From positions 1,056,001-1,120,000 of the forward strand of contig JBJMOW010000004.1 of assembly GCA_045803545.1 (NCBI GenBank): a DNA stretch of 64,000 nucleotides, written 5' to 3'. Below the pieces are notes generated by a model. That model had not been told where the DNA came from. It saw only the letters and a list, made by a program, of their open reading frames with translations, and made no database searches. A program made the translations under genes and the position numbers. Shown here in pieces: positions 49,040 through 58,648 of this stretch. Source of the stretch: Gemmatimonadaceae bacterium. GTDB lineage: Bacteria; Gemmatimonadota; Gemmatimonadetes; Gemmatimonadales; Gemmatimonadaceae. Each line of letters begins with the position of its first letter. The first letter of the stretch is position 1.

Positions 49040-49525
49040 TCAGCTTGCGACCCGCTTCGCTTCCCACGCACTTAGCAGCCAACGGCCTTCCCGCCGCACG
49101 TAGATCTCGGTGAAACGAACCGTGACTTTGCTCGAGCCCTTGGCATCGCGCACATGCTGCTCCGCGCGTCCCGTCGCGAGTGCGAGTCCGTGATACACCC
49201 GCACCCGAACGTCGTGAGCCGCGATCGAGTCGTACACAGTCGAACGCTTCTTGATTGCGTTGAGGAATTCCGTTCTCGACTGGATCGACCCCTTGCCAGG
49301 AACGTAGGTGAGCTCTTCGTCGAGGAGAGTGTCCAACGCGACGACATCGCGGTTCATCATCGCCTCGAATCGCTGCTGCTCGGCGACTCGCACTTCACCC
49401 TCGGCTACCAGCGTAGCCAGCGCCTTGCTGGAGGTGTGGCCGCGCAGCGACAGCCGCAGGATGCTGGGCCGAGCGCAACCGCCGAGCAGTGCGACGAGCA
49501 GGACCGCCGAAGCAGCGCGTGTCAT
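49040..49525 (-). CDS. NTF2-like (DUF4440) lipoprotein
   Basis: Lipobox LGGC, RFTEIYVRREGRW. Confidence 0.8.
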   Translation of the reverse strand: MTRAASAVLLVALLGGCARPSILRLSLRGHTSSKALATLVAEGEVRVAEQQRFEAMMNRDVVALDTLLDEELTYVPGKGSIQSRTEFLNAIKKRSTVYDSIAAHDVRVRVYHGLALATGRAEQHVRDAKGSSKVTVRFTEIYVRREGRWLLSAWEAKRVAS

Positions 49526-49915
49526 CTATCGCGTTCTGATCTCGATGACGCCATTGCCATACTGCATTCCATACCGCGTCACTGACTCATTAGATGGCAG
49601 ATAGCGAATTTCCTTGATGTTGATCGAGGGGATGTTGCCCAGGCTGTTCAGGTCACCGTAAAACTGGCTGTCGACAAACACCGCCGCGTATTCGCTGGCG
49701 ACAGACGGCGCGGTCTGGATCGTGGTACGCCCACGGGTCTTCAGATACTGGGGGCGCAGATGACTGATTACGTCGTACGCATTGACGCCATTCTGGGCGG
49801 TAATCTCGCTTTGGGAGATCACGTTGTAGTCCTTTGCCCGATGACTCGTCGCGCCGGCGCTGGCGCAGGCGGCGAGCCCAACCGCCGCCAAAACGTGGAA
49901 AGACTTCCTCAACAT
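49526..49915 (-). CDS. Stand-alone TonB-plug-like lipoprotein 3
   Basis: Lipobox LAAC, VISQSEI, AYDVISHLRPQYL, VFVDS, TRYG, GVIEIRTR. Confidence 0.75.
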   Translation of the reverse strand: MLRKSFHVLAAVGLAACASAGATSHRAKDYNVISQSEITAQNGVNAYDVISHLRPQYLKTRGRTTIQTAPSVASEYAAVFVDSQFYGDLNSLGNIPSINIKEIRYLPSNESVTRYGMQYGNGVIEIRTR

Positions 49916-50515
49916 TTACTTACCTCCGAGTTTCGATAATGCTGTCCTGATCAATTCTGCCGCCGACTTTCCCCCGCCGCCAGCATCCAGCGCTGCCCGG
50001 ACACCCCGTTCCGCGTCAGCGTTGGTATAGCCCAGCGAGACCAGCGCCCGCATCGCATCGTCAGCGGCTGCCGAGGCTGGTGCCGTGCTGGCTCCGGTTG
50101 TCTCGCCAAGCCCATCGAGCTTATCGCCCAGATCGAGAATCAGCCGCTCGGCTTTCTTCCTACCTACGCGAGGAACGCCCTGAAGTGTCGGAATGTCTTT
50201 TTCACGGATCGCGCGGATGAGGCGCGTTGCCGATAAAGCCGACAGCATGCCGATGGCGAGCGAGGGCCCGATGCCGTTTGCAGTGAGGAGCTTTTCGAAC
50301 AACCGCTTCTCGAACAAGCTCGTAAACCCGAACAGCTGCCACGAGTCTTCCTTCACCACCAGCGAAGTGTGAAGAAAGATGTCGTCTTCCAGCCGGGGGA
50401 GCGACTCGAACACGTTGAGCGGAATCGTCAGCTCGTAAGCGACTCCGCCGTCCGTCATCACTTCCACCGAATCGAGATCCTTCGCGACGAGCTTGCCTTT
50501 GAGCCGTGCGATCAA
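49916..50515 (-). CDS. ruvA: Holliday junction DNA-binding protein RuvA
   Basis: GGVAYE, LFGF, HhH motifs (GIGP, VGRKKAERL), ALVSLGY. Confidence 0.96.
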   Translation of the reverse strand: MIARLKGKLVAKDLDSVEVMTDGGVAYELTIPLNVFESLPRLEDDIFLHTSLVVKEDSWQLFGFTSLFEKRLFEKLLTANGIGPSLAIGMLSALSATRLIRAIREKDIPTLQGVPRVGRKKAERLILDLGDKLDGLGETTGASTAPASAAADDAMRALVSLGYTNADAERGVRAALDAGGGGKSAAELIRTALSKLGGK

Positions 50516-51033
50516 GCGAATCTCACAGGTTCGAGCTTCGGCAGCTCCGGCATCAGCGCAAAGGCGAGCGCCGCCGCTACTCCGTCAGCGGCGTCCGCCG
50601 GCTGGGGCGCAGATTTCAGTCGCAGCAACCGCGTCACCATGAATTGAATCTGCAGCTTGGTCGCCGCGCCGGTCCCCGCGACCGCTTTCTTGATCTCGGA
50701 CGGCGGATACTCGTGAATGTCGAGACCGGCTTGTACGCCCGCGAGCAAAATCACACCACGTGCGTGACCGAGCACGACCGTCGTGCGCACGTTCCGCGCG
50801 TAAAAGATGTCTTCGATCGATAGCACCGATGGCTGATGCCGTCGAATCAGCTCCGCGACACCATCGTGGATCTCGGCGAGTCGGCGCGGCAGATCGTCGC
50901 GGGGTCTCGTGCGAATGACCCCACACTCGATGAGGGTCAGCGGATGCCGACCTTCCTTGCGTACTACTCCGTAACCGGTGACGGCCGTGCCTGGATCAAT
51001 GCCGAGCACGGTAACTGGTCTGGCATCACGCAC
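50512..51033 (-). CDS. ruvC: Holliday junction resolvase RuvC
   Basis: LGIDPG, TGYGV, IED, DAADG. Confidence 0.96.
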   Translation of the reverse strand: MRDARPVTVLGIDPGTAVTGYGVVRKEGRHPLTLIECGVIRTRPRDDLPRRLAEIHDGVAELIRRHQPSVLSIEDIFYARNVRTTVVLGHARGVILLAGVQAGLDIHEYPPSEIKKAVAGTGAATKLQIQFMVTRLLRLKSAPQPADAADGVAAALAFALMPELPKLEPVRFA

Positions 51034-51769
51034 CGGACATTTGCTCGACGTCCATGTCGAAATTCGCAGAAACTTTCTGGACGTCGTCGAGATCCTCGAG
51101 CTCGTCGAGCAGCTTAACCAGTGACTCGGCGGTCTTGCCTTCGACGCGCACCGTCGACTTTGGAATGAACGCAACCTCGGCTTCAACGGTCTCGATGCCT
51201 GCTTTCCTGATCGCGTCTTCGACCGTGTGAACGCCATGCGGGTCGGTCGTCACCACGAACTGCTCGCCCTCCGCTTTGAAATCTTCCGCGCCGGCGTCGA
51301 GCGCGACCTCGAGTACCTTGTCTTCTTCGTACTTGGTCCCGTCGATGTAGATCTGGCCTTTCCGATCGAAGAGGTATGATACGGAGCCAGTTGAACCGAG
51401 ATTCCCGCCGAGTCGCGACATCTTGTGTCTGATGTCCGCAACGGTACGCGTCGGATTGTCGCTGAGTGCCGAGATGAGAATTGCGACGCCGCCGGGACCG
51501 TAGCCTTCGTATTGGACTTCGGTGTACTGCACACCCTCGAGGTCTCCTGTCCCTTTTTTGATCGCGCGCTCGATATTCTCCTTCGGCATCGAGGCGGCTT
51601 TCGCCGCGTCGATCGCTGTTCGCAATCTGGGATTTCCGTCAGGATCACCGCCGCCGATCTTGGCAGCCATCGTGATCTCTCGAATCAGCTTGGTGAAATG
51701 GGCGCCGCGCTTGGCATCAGCGGCAGCTTTGTAATGCTTGATTTGCTTCCACTTACTATGGCCGGCCAT
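51026..51769 (-). CDS. yebC: YebC/PmpR family protein
   Basis: MAGHSKW, NPRLR, YEGYGPGG, DLDDVQ. Confidence 0.97.
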   Translation of the reverse strand: MAGHSKWKQIKHYKAAADAKRGAHFTKLIREITMAAKIGGGDPDGNPRLRTAIDAAKAASMPKENIERAIKKGTGDLEGVQYTEVQYEGYGPGGVAILISALSDNPTRTVADIRHKMSRLGGNLGSTGSVSYLFDRKGQIYIDGTKYEEDKVLEVALDAGAEDFKAEGEQFVVTTDPHGVHTVEDAIRKAGIETVEAEVAFIPKSTVRVEGKTAESLVKLLDELEDLDDVQKVSANFDMDVEQMSGA

Positions 51770-51770
51770 G

Positions 51771-52229
51771 TCAGCTCGGTGGTAAAGTTGAACCAGGTGG
51801 CGCGCTCGGGCGCGCGTGCGGAGCCGTCGCGGTGGTTCCAGCGAGCTCCTGAATGAGGTGGGTGAGCTCCATCCTCGATGCCTCATCTAAATGCGATGGC
51901 GCGGCTTTGACAAGATCTTCGAATGCCACTGCCAGCCGCGCGCGATCGTGACCCGTTATAGCGCCGAGTATGCCGAACGCGGTCGATCTGATTCCGCTCG
52001 GAACCGCGAGGGAAGACAGCCACTGTTTGGTGTTTTCGGTGCGTTCGATGGTCTGTTCCCGCGTCAGCTCGAAAGGAGGCAGCATTCCGGCGCAAAGCCT
52101 CCCGAGCTGCAGGGCCGCGAGCAGGGTTTCGCGATCTCCTCCCAGCGACGCTCGTCCGGCCGCCGCTGCGAGCGAGCGGAACCGAAACGAGGGTGTAACG
52201 AGTGCAAACTTGGGTAGCTGGCCGAGCAC
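51771..52229 (-). CDS. Hypothetical helical protein upstream of yebC
   Basis: 152-aa ORF ending 1 nt before the yebC start. TAGATT lies 6 nt before its GTG. Confidence 0.7.
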   Translation of the reverse strand: MLGQLPKFALVTPSFRFRSLAAAAGRASLGGDRETLLAALQLGRLCAGMLPPFELTREQTIERTENTKQWLSSLAVPSGIRSTAFGILGAITGHDRARLAVAFEDLVKAAPSHLDEASRMELTHLIQELAGTTATAPHARPSAPPGSTLPPS

Positions 52230-52275
52230 ACTCCGAATCTAGGCACGGAGTTGGCCTCCGGCTACATTCACGAGT

Positions 52276-53859
52276 ATGGCCGTACCGGTCCTAAACCCCC
52301 CAAAATCAATACTGTGGGTAGACGATGAGGGTGAGCTCCTCGAGCCCCATCGCATCTTTCTGCGCTCGAAAGGCTATACCGTAGAGTGGGCGTCAAACGC
52401 GGACGATGCCATCGAGCTCCTGAGGCGTCGTCCGTTCGACATCCTTCTGCTCGACGAGCAGATGCCAGGCAAGCGAGGCCTCGAAGTGTTTCGCGATGTG
52501 CGCGAGCTCGCGCCGTCGCTTCCGGTCGTGATGGTGACGAAGAGCGAGGAGGATTCCACGCTCAAAGAGGCGATCGGCGCCAACGTTCGCGACTATCTCG
52601 TTAAGCCGATCAACCCACGGCAGGTGCTAACCGTTGTGACGCGGATTCTGGAAGGTCCGCGCATTCGTCAGCAGGCAATTGCACGCAGCTTCGTGGACAG
52701 ATTCCGCGCGATCGAGCTCGAGCGCGATCGCAATCTCGATTGGCGCGGCTGGATCGATCGCTACGACGAGCTAATGCGCTGGGATGTCGACCTTGCCGCA
52801 GCCGGTGAAATGGGATTGTACGAGTCGCTGCAGGGACTTTATCCCGACATGCACCGCGAGTTCGCGGGTTTCATCAAAGAGAACTATCCGGGCTGGCTAA
52901 CAAATCTCGAGAGCAACCGGCCTCCGCTCTCGATCGATATCGTCGGCGAATTTCTGCTCCCGATTCTCGAGCGCGACAAAAACGCGGTCTTCATCGTCGT
53001 CGATTGTCTGAGACTCGACCAGTGGCGCGCGCTGGAACCGCTGATGGCGCCCTACTTCGACGTCGAAACGACGCACTACTACGCGGTGCTGCCCACGGCG
53101 ACGCCCTACTCCCGTAACGCGCTGTTCAGCGGGTTGTTCCCCGGCGAGATCGCTGCACGACTGCCGGACTGGTGGGGCAATGCCGATCGCGAAGACGAGT
53201 CTCTGAATGCGCACGAGCGCGAGTTGCTCGAGACGCATCTCGAGGAGATTTGTGGCGGGAAGACTCCGGTGCGTTACCAGAAAATCTCGACCGCCGCCAA
53301 CTCCGACGAGCTCGAACGACATCTCGGCACAGCGATCGGTCCGGAAGGTGTGAGCGCTTTCGTCTTCAACTTCGTCGATCTGCTCACCCACGGCCGCAGC
53401 GAGTCGCAGATACTATATGAAGTAGCACGCGACGAGATCGCCTTGCGACAGATCACCCGCCAGTGGTTCCAGCGCTCGGCGCTGTTCAGTGTGCTGAAGG
53501 AAGCATCGCGCCGAAAAATCTCGGTTCTGCTGACCACCGATCACGGATCGATTCACTGCAATACGCCAGCGACCGTTTATGCCAAGCGGGATGCGAGCGC
53601 GAATTTGAGATACAAATTCGGTGAGGATCTTCGCGCCGAAAGGCCCGATCAGGCGCTGCTGTTCCCCAATGAAGACATGTTGCGGCTGCCGAGGCGCGGC
53701 GCGGGTGGAAATACGCTGCTGGCGACGAACGACTGCTTCTTCGTTTATCCAACCAAGCTGCGCGAGTATCAGAGCCGGTATCGTGGATCCTTTCTCCACG
53801 GCGGCGTCACGCCGGAGGAAGTGATTCTGCCGCTGGCGCTGCTTACGCCTCGCCGGTAA
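52276..53859 (+). CDS. PorX-like response regulator: REC + PglZ (alkaline phosphatase superfamily) domain
   Basis: ILWVDDE, LLDEQMPG, VTKSEE; VVDCLRLDQW, LPTATPYSRNALFSG, NFVDLLTH, TTDHG, HGGVTPEE. Confidence 0.9.
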   Translation: MAVPVLNPPKSILWVDDEGELLEPHRIFLRSKGYTVEWASNADDAIELLRRRPFDILLLDEQMPGKRGLEVFRDVRELAPSLPVVMVTKSEEDSTLKEAIGANVRDYLVKPINPRQVLTVVTRILEGPRIRQQAIARSFVDRFRAIELERDRNLDWRGWIDRYDELMRWDVDLAAAGEMGLYESLQGLYPDMHREFAGFIKENYPGWLTNLESNRPPLSIDIVGEFLLPILERDKNAVFIVVDCLRLDQWRALEPLMAPYFDVETTHYYAVLPTATPYSRNALFSGLFPGEIAARLPDWWGNADREDESLNAHERELLETHLEEICGGKTPVRYQKISTAANSDELERHLGTAIGPEGVSAFVFNFVDLLTHGRSESQILYEVARDEIALRQITRQWFQRSALFSVLKEASRRKISVLLTTDHGSIHCNTPATVYAKRDASANLRYKFGEDLRAERPDQALLFPNEDMLRLPRRGAGGNTLLATNDCFFVYPTKLREYQSRYRGSFLHGGVTPEEVILPLALLTPRR

Positions 53860-53862
53860 AAG

Positions 53863-55749
53863 GTGCGGGAAGCGGGAGCCGCCTCCACTTCGGCTTACAA
53901 GCGGCTGGTGCCGTATCTGCGTCCACACGCCTGGCGGATGGCGATCACCATCGCCTGCAATTTGCTGGCGGCACTGCTCGATGGATTTGCGATCGCGCTG
54001 CTGATCCCCTTCCTCAACATCCTATTTCATCAGCCGGCGACGGCCCTGAAATCGGGGTGGGTCTCCAAGCTGCTCGATGCCACGGTCGGTTCGCAGATCG
54101 TGCCGGGCGACGAGATGCGCTCGCTGCGCAACGTCATCCTGCTCGTCCTGACGGCGGTGCTGCTCAAGAACGTTTTCGTCTGGATCGCAGGTCAGTTCGG
54201 CGCCACCCTGCAGGAGTACGTGACTCGAGATCTGAGGAACTCGGTCTACAGGCATCTCGCGCACCTCCCGCTTGGCTACTTCACGCAGATGAAGGCCGGA
54301 CAGATCCTCTCGCGCGTAATCAATGACACCTTCGAGACGCGACTGATCCTCACCCAGATCGTGACCCAGTCCCTGCAGAGCGCATCGCTGGTAATCGTCT
54401 ACATCGCGATTCTGTTCAGCATCTCGTGGAAGCTGTCGCTGATTGCGCTGATCATACTGCCGCTGCTCGGTGTGTCGCTGCAGCCAATGCTTAAAAGACT
54501 GCGTCGCGGCAATCTCCGTCGCGGCAACGTGCACGGCGAGATGACCAGCGTATTGCAGGAGACCATCAGCGGCATTCGACTCGTTAAGGCGAGCGGCACT
54601 GAAGCGTACGAAGAGGCGCGCTTTGCCGACGGAAGCAACAAGTACGCGCGCAGCAGCCTCAAGATGACTCGGCTCGCTCTGGTTGCGCCGCCCGTCACCG
54701 AGATCATCGGCACTTTGATCGCTGTGCTCGTACTCTGGGTCGGCGCGTGGCAGGTGCTCAGCGCGGGCACGATGACCGGCGCAACGCTGCTCGCGTTCCT
54801 GACGCTTGTGCTGCGGCTGCTGCAGCCACTGAAGCAGCTTTCGCAAATGCGTACCACCGCGCAGTCGTCGCTCGCCTCGGCCGAGAGGTTGTTCGAGATC
54901 CTCGATTCGCCGGCTGAGTTTCAGCGCGACCGCGGTACCCGAGACAAGCCGACCTTCGAGCAGGAGCTGAAGTTTGACGACGTGACCTTTGCCTACGGCG
55001 ACGCACCTGTGCTCCGCAACGTAGATCTCAGTGTGCGCAAAGGAGAGGTCATCGCGATTGTGGGGCCGAGTGGCTCGGGGAAGAGCACGCTGGTCGACCT
55101 TATCCCCCGGTTTTACGAGCCGACTCGCGGACGTATTCTCATCGACGGTGTCGACACGCGTGAGATCAAACTGCCTTCGCTGCGCGGCCTCACCGGCATC
55201 GTCAGTCAGGAGACTGTGCTGTTCCATGACACAGTTCGCAACAACATCGCGTACGGCGCACCAGGCCGTTACACGCAACAGCAGATCGAGGATGCTGCGA
55301 AGGCCGCCAACGCGCACACATTCATCATGGAGCTGCCGAACGGCTACGACACATTGCTGGGTGAGCGCGGAACGCGACTCTCAGGGGGTCAACGCCAGCG
55401 TCTGGCGATTGCACGAGCCTTGCTCAGTGATCCGCCCATCCTCATCCTCGACGAAGCGACTTCCGCACTGGACACGGAATCCGAACGTCTGGTTCAGGAA
55501 GCCGTGGATCGTTTACTCCAGGGGAGAACTGTCTTTGTGATTGCACACCGCCTGTCGACAATTACGCACGCCGACAGAATCATTTTCCTCGATCGCGGCG
55601 AGATCGTGGAACAGGGAAATCATACCGAGCTCCTCGCACTTGCCGGCGCGTATTCGCGCCTTTACGCGCTGCAGTTCGGCGACGTGAACGGTCAAAACGA
55701 GACGATAGCGGGAAAGTTGGCCGGCCGTCTCGCTGAATCGACCGGCTAA
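53863..55749 (+). CDS. msbA: MsbA-like lipid A ABC exporter
   Basis: 6 TM helices, GPSGSGKS, LSGGQRQ, DEATSALD. Adjacent to glycosyltransferases and lpxL. Confidence 0.85.
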   Translation: MREAGAASTSAYKRLVPYLRPHAWRMAITIACNLLAALLDGFAIALLIPFLNILFHQPATALKSGWVSKLLDATVGSQIVPGDEMRSLRNVILLVLTAVLLKNVFVWIAGQFGATLQEYVTRDLRNSVYRHLAHLPLGYFTQMKAGQILSRVINDTFETRLILTQIVTQSLQSASLVIVYIAILFSISWKLSLIALIILPLLGVSLQPMLKRLRRGNLRRGNVHGEMTSVLQETISGIRLVKASGTEAYEEARFADGSNKYARSSLKMTRLALVAPPVTEIIGTLIAVLVLWVGAWQVLSAGTMTGATLLAFLTLVLRLLQPLKQLSQMRTTAQSSLASAERLFEILDSPAEFQRDRGTRDKPTFEQELKFDDVTFAYGDAPVLRNVDLSVRKGEVIAIVGPSGSGKSTLVDLIPRFYEPTRGRILIDGVDTREIKLPSLRGLTGIVSQETVLFHDTVRNNIAYGAPGRYTQQQIEDAAKAANAHTFIMELPNGYDTLLGERGTRLSGGQRQRLAIARALLSDPPILILDEATSALDTESERLVQEAVDRLLQGRTVFVIAHRLSTITHADRIIFLDRGEIVEQGNHTELLALAGAYSRLYALQFGDVNGQNETIAGKLAGRLAESTG

Positions 55750-55758
55750 AGAGCATCA

Positions 55759-56907
55759 GTGCACGTTTTATTTCTGCATAGCGCACGCGAGTGGTCGGGA
55801 ACCGCGCGGTTGTTTGCGCGCGCGGGTCGCGGTATTTCCGAGCGCGGCGCCAAGGTGACATTTCTGGTCGCGCCCGACAGCAACGTGCACCTCGCGGTGT
55901 CACCGCGCCGTCAGCCCGGCCAGGCGCGTCACACCCCGATCCCCGAGCCGTTCGAGATCATTCCGTTTTCGACGGAAGGATGGTTCCTGTCGGCGGCCCG
56001 TCGCCTGCGGCGAATTTTTCGCCGCTGGGATGCGGACACGATCTTCGTGAGCACCAATCGCGAGCACCTCATCGCATCAACTGCGTGCTGGCTGAGTCGC
56101 AACGGCTCCGTTGTGCGTTGGACGCCGGCGGGGAAAAGACTGGACCTGGATTTCGCCGGGAATGTAGCGTCGCGGCTGGCGCGGACGACGTATCTGTTCG
56201 CAAGCGAGAACGACCGTCGACAGACCACGCTGCCCAAGAACGCAGTGGACGCGTTGGTCGCGAAAATAGGAGTCGATGTCTCGACGTATTCCCGTGACGC
56301 CGAAAAACCTTCGGAGCCTGAGGCCGGAACATCTCCCGGTGAGATCCAGACGCCGTCGAAGTACATCGTCTGCGTCTATGATCCGACTTCACGCGGACGC
56401 GCGGCAACGGCAATCCGCACGATCTCGATGCTGGCACCAAGGCATCCGGATCTGCGGCTGATCATCGTCGGCCCGCGTTCTGACGACGAAGATTTGCGAA
56501 TGCAGGCGGCGGCGCTTCGGGTTCTGCACCTCGTCCGCTTCCTCGGAGAACGCGATGACGTCATCAACCTGATGATGGATGCGCACCTCGGCTGGGTCGT
56601 CGCTGAAGCAGACACCGGCGCGTATGGCATTCTCGATTTGATGGCCCTCGGCGTTCCGGCTGTCGCGAGTGAGAGCGGCGTTGCCGACCGCTATATCGCC
56701 AACGGCATTACCGGGGCGTTGTATCCGCCCGATGACTCCGCGTCTACAGCGGCGACCGTGGCGGGGCTGCTCCTCAGCGACGAGGCCCGGTTGGCGATGG
56801 GGAAGGCCGGTCGCACCAGAGTGGCGAGAGAATTCCCTGAGACGGACATGATCGAAGGATTCGACCGCGCTGCCAACAGTGCTCGCACCCGGAGTCGTCG
56901 GGGGTGA
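55759..56907 (+). CDS. GT4-like glycosyltransferase, degenerate motif
   Basis: GT-B features (FLGERDDV, MALGVPAV, GITGAL). The usual E-x7-E is replaced by D-x7-D. Confidence 0.75.
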   Translation: MHVLFLHSAREWSGTARLFARAGRGISERGAKVTFLVAPDSNVHLAVSPRRQPGQARHTPIPEPFEIIPFSTEGWFLSAARRLRRIFRRWDADTIFVSTNREHLIASTACWLSRNGSVVRWTPAGKRLDLDFAGNVASRLARTTYLFASENDRRQTTLPKNAVDALVAKIGVDVSTYSRDAEKPSEPEAGTSPGEIQTPSKYIVCVYDPTSRGRAATAIRTISMLAPRHPDLRLIIVGPRSDDEDLRMQAAALRVLHLVRFLGERDDVINLMMDAHLGWVVAEADTGAYGILDLMALGVPAVASESGVADRYIANGITGALYPPDDSASTAATVAGLLLSDEARLAMGKAGRTRVAREFPETDMIEGFDRAANSARTRSRRG

Positions 56908-57683
56908 GTCCCCAGGGCCGCGGCTCCCCCGACGTGACGGCGGTGATCGCGGCACACAACGAATCCGCGAACATCGAAGCCTGTATCGCCAGCGTCGACT
57001 GGGCTCGCGAGGTGATTGTCGTCGAGAACGACTCCCTCGATGATACGATCGAGCGCGCCCGCGGCGCCGGCGCGAACGTCATCAGCCCCGCATTCACAAC
57101 GATCGGCGCCGCTCGCAACAACGCCATCGAACGCGCGCAGACGCCCTGGGTGCTGGTCCTGGATGCAGACGAGCGCTCTACACCTGAGCTTGCCGCGGAG
57201 ATTCGCGAGCGCGTGAAGATGCCGGGCGACAACGTCGCGTTCAGGATCCCGCGTCGGAACTTCTTCCTCGGCAAGGAGATCCGTCACGGAGGTTGGGGCA
57301 GCGACAAACCGATCCGGCTCTTTCGCCGAGAATTCCGTTACAACGCCAATCTGGTGCATGAGCACGTCAATGTGACCAAAGGCGGAATCGGTGAAGTCAG
57401 AAACTCGCTTCTTCACTACACCTACACATCGCTCGACCAATACTTTGAAAAGTTCGATCGTTACAGTAAGTGGTGGGCGCAGCAGAATCTCGTCAACGGG
57501 CGACGAACGAGTGCGGCTGCGGTATTATTCAAACCCCCGGCGCGCTTCGTCTCGATGTATTTGCTGAAAGGCGGATTCCGCGATGGCGGTCACGGTTTGA
57601 TCCTCGCTGCACTCGCGTCCGCGAGTGTGATGGCGAAGTATGCGAGACTCTGGGAACGGTCTAGAACGGCGGCACGGCGTTGA
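56904..57683 (+). CDS. GT2 glycosyltransferase, WaaE/KdtX-like
   Basis: NE..NI..C, WVLVLDADE, VHE, HYTY, KFDRYS. Confidence 0.88.
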   Translation: MSPQGRGSPDVTAVIAAHNESANIEACIASVDWAREVIVVENDSLDDTIERARGAGANVISPAFTTIGAARNNAIERAQTPWVLVLDADERSTPELAAEIRERVKMPGDNVAFRIPRRNFFLGKEIRHGGWGSDKPIRLFRREFRYNANLVHEHVNVTKGGIGEVRNSLLHYTYTSLDQYFEKFDRYSKWWAQQNLVNGRRTSAAAVLFKPPARFVSMYLLKGGFRDGGHGLILAALASASVMAKYARLWERSRTAARR

Positions 57684-58642
57684 GAGTCCTCATCATCGGC
57701 AGCAACAAGAAATGGAGAATGGAGCGCAGCACCGAGCGCGCGCTCAGACGGGCGGGCCACACCACTCGGCTGTTCGACGACAAGCGCAGCAAGCAACTGA
57801 TCGGGTCGAGCTTCGTCCAGCGTCGCGCGTTGTCGATCGCGAATTCATTCAAGCCCGATTTCGTGCTGCTGGGAAAATGTCAGGCGCTGACGCTCGATAC
57901 AGTGGGCAAAATCATCTCCGGCAAGCCGAACGCGATGTGGTACCACGATCCGCCGTCGTTCCGCAACATCAAGCGTCCCGATATCAAGCACATTGCCGAT
58001 GTCGGCAAATTGTCGCAGACATTCTTCGTGTCGGGATTCGTCGACGAATGGAGAAAGCTCGGCTTGCCGGCAAAGTTTCTCCCTTCAGCCGCCGACCGGG
58101 AGCTCGGCCCCAGAAAGCCCGAGAATAACCTCGGGTCCGACGTCACTTTCATCGGTACTGGTTACGATCGGTCGCGCGCGACGTTCCTCGCGAAAATCGC
58201 AAAGCGGTTCGAGCTCAAGGTTTGGGGGCCGGGCTGGGAAGAATGGCGGAAGGAGCTCCGGTGGACTGGCCGCACTGTTTACGGCCCAGCCTTCGCCAGT
58301 GTCTGCTCGAGCTCGAAGATTGTCCTCGGCATCAACCCGACCATCGCGCGTGGCGCGACCAACTACACCTCAGACAGGACGTGGATGGTCATTCAGGCGG
58401 GCGGATTCTACCTGGGCGAAGGAACGGACGGCATCACCACGCTCTTGCGCGAAGGTGATCATTGCGCCTGGTACAAGGATCTGGAGCAGTGTCTCGACCG
58501 CTGTACGTACTACCTTGGCAATCCCGCCGCGCGTGAGCGCGTGCGAAGGCAGGGGCAGCACTTCGTCGCCGAGCACCACACCTTCGACCAACGAATCCAC
58601 AATCTTCTTTCCAGCGAAGAGTTCCATAATCCACTCGGCTAG
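57680..58642 (+). CDS. CgeB-like (Glyco_trans_1_2) glycosyltransferase
   Basis: DVTFIG, VWGPGW, SKIVLGIN, SDR, HTFDQR. Confidence 0.8.
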   Translation: MRVLIIGSNKKWRMERSTERALRRAGHTTRLFDDKRSKQLIGSSFVQRRALSIANSFKPDFVLLGKCQALTLDTVGKIISGKPNAMWYHDPPSFRNIKRPDIKHIADVGKLSQTFFVSGFVDEWRKLGLPAKFLPSAADRELGPRKPENNLGSDVTFIGTGYDRSRATFLAKIAKRFELKVWGPGWEEWRKELRWTGRTVYGPAFASVCSSSKIVLGINPTIARGATNYTSDRTWMVIQAGGFYLGEGTDGITTLLREGDHCAWYKDLEQCLDRCTYYLGNPAARERVRRQGQHFVAEHHTFDQRIHNLLSSEEFHNPLG

Positions 58643-58648
58643 GTATCC

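Noticed and set aside
52276..53859. BREX/Pgl defence system
   Set aside because: The PglZ domain is fused to a REC domain (PorX architecture), and no brxC, pglX or brxL genes are present.
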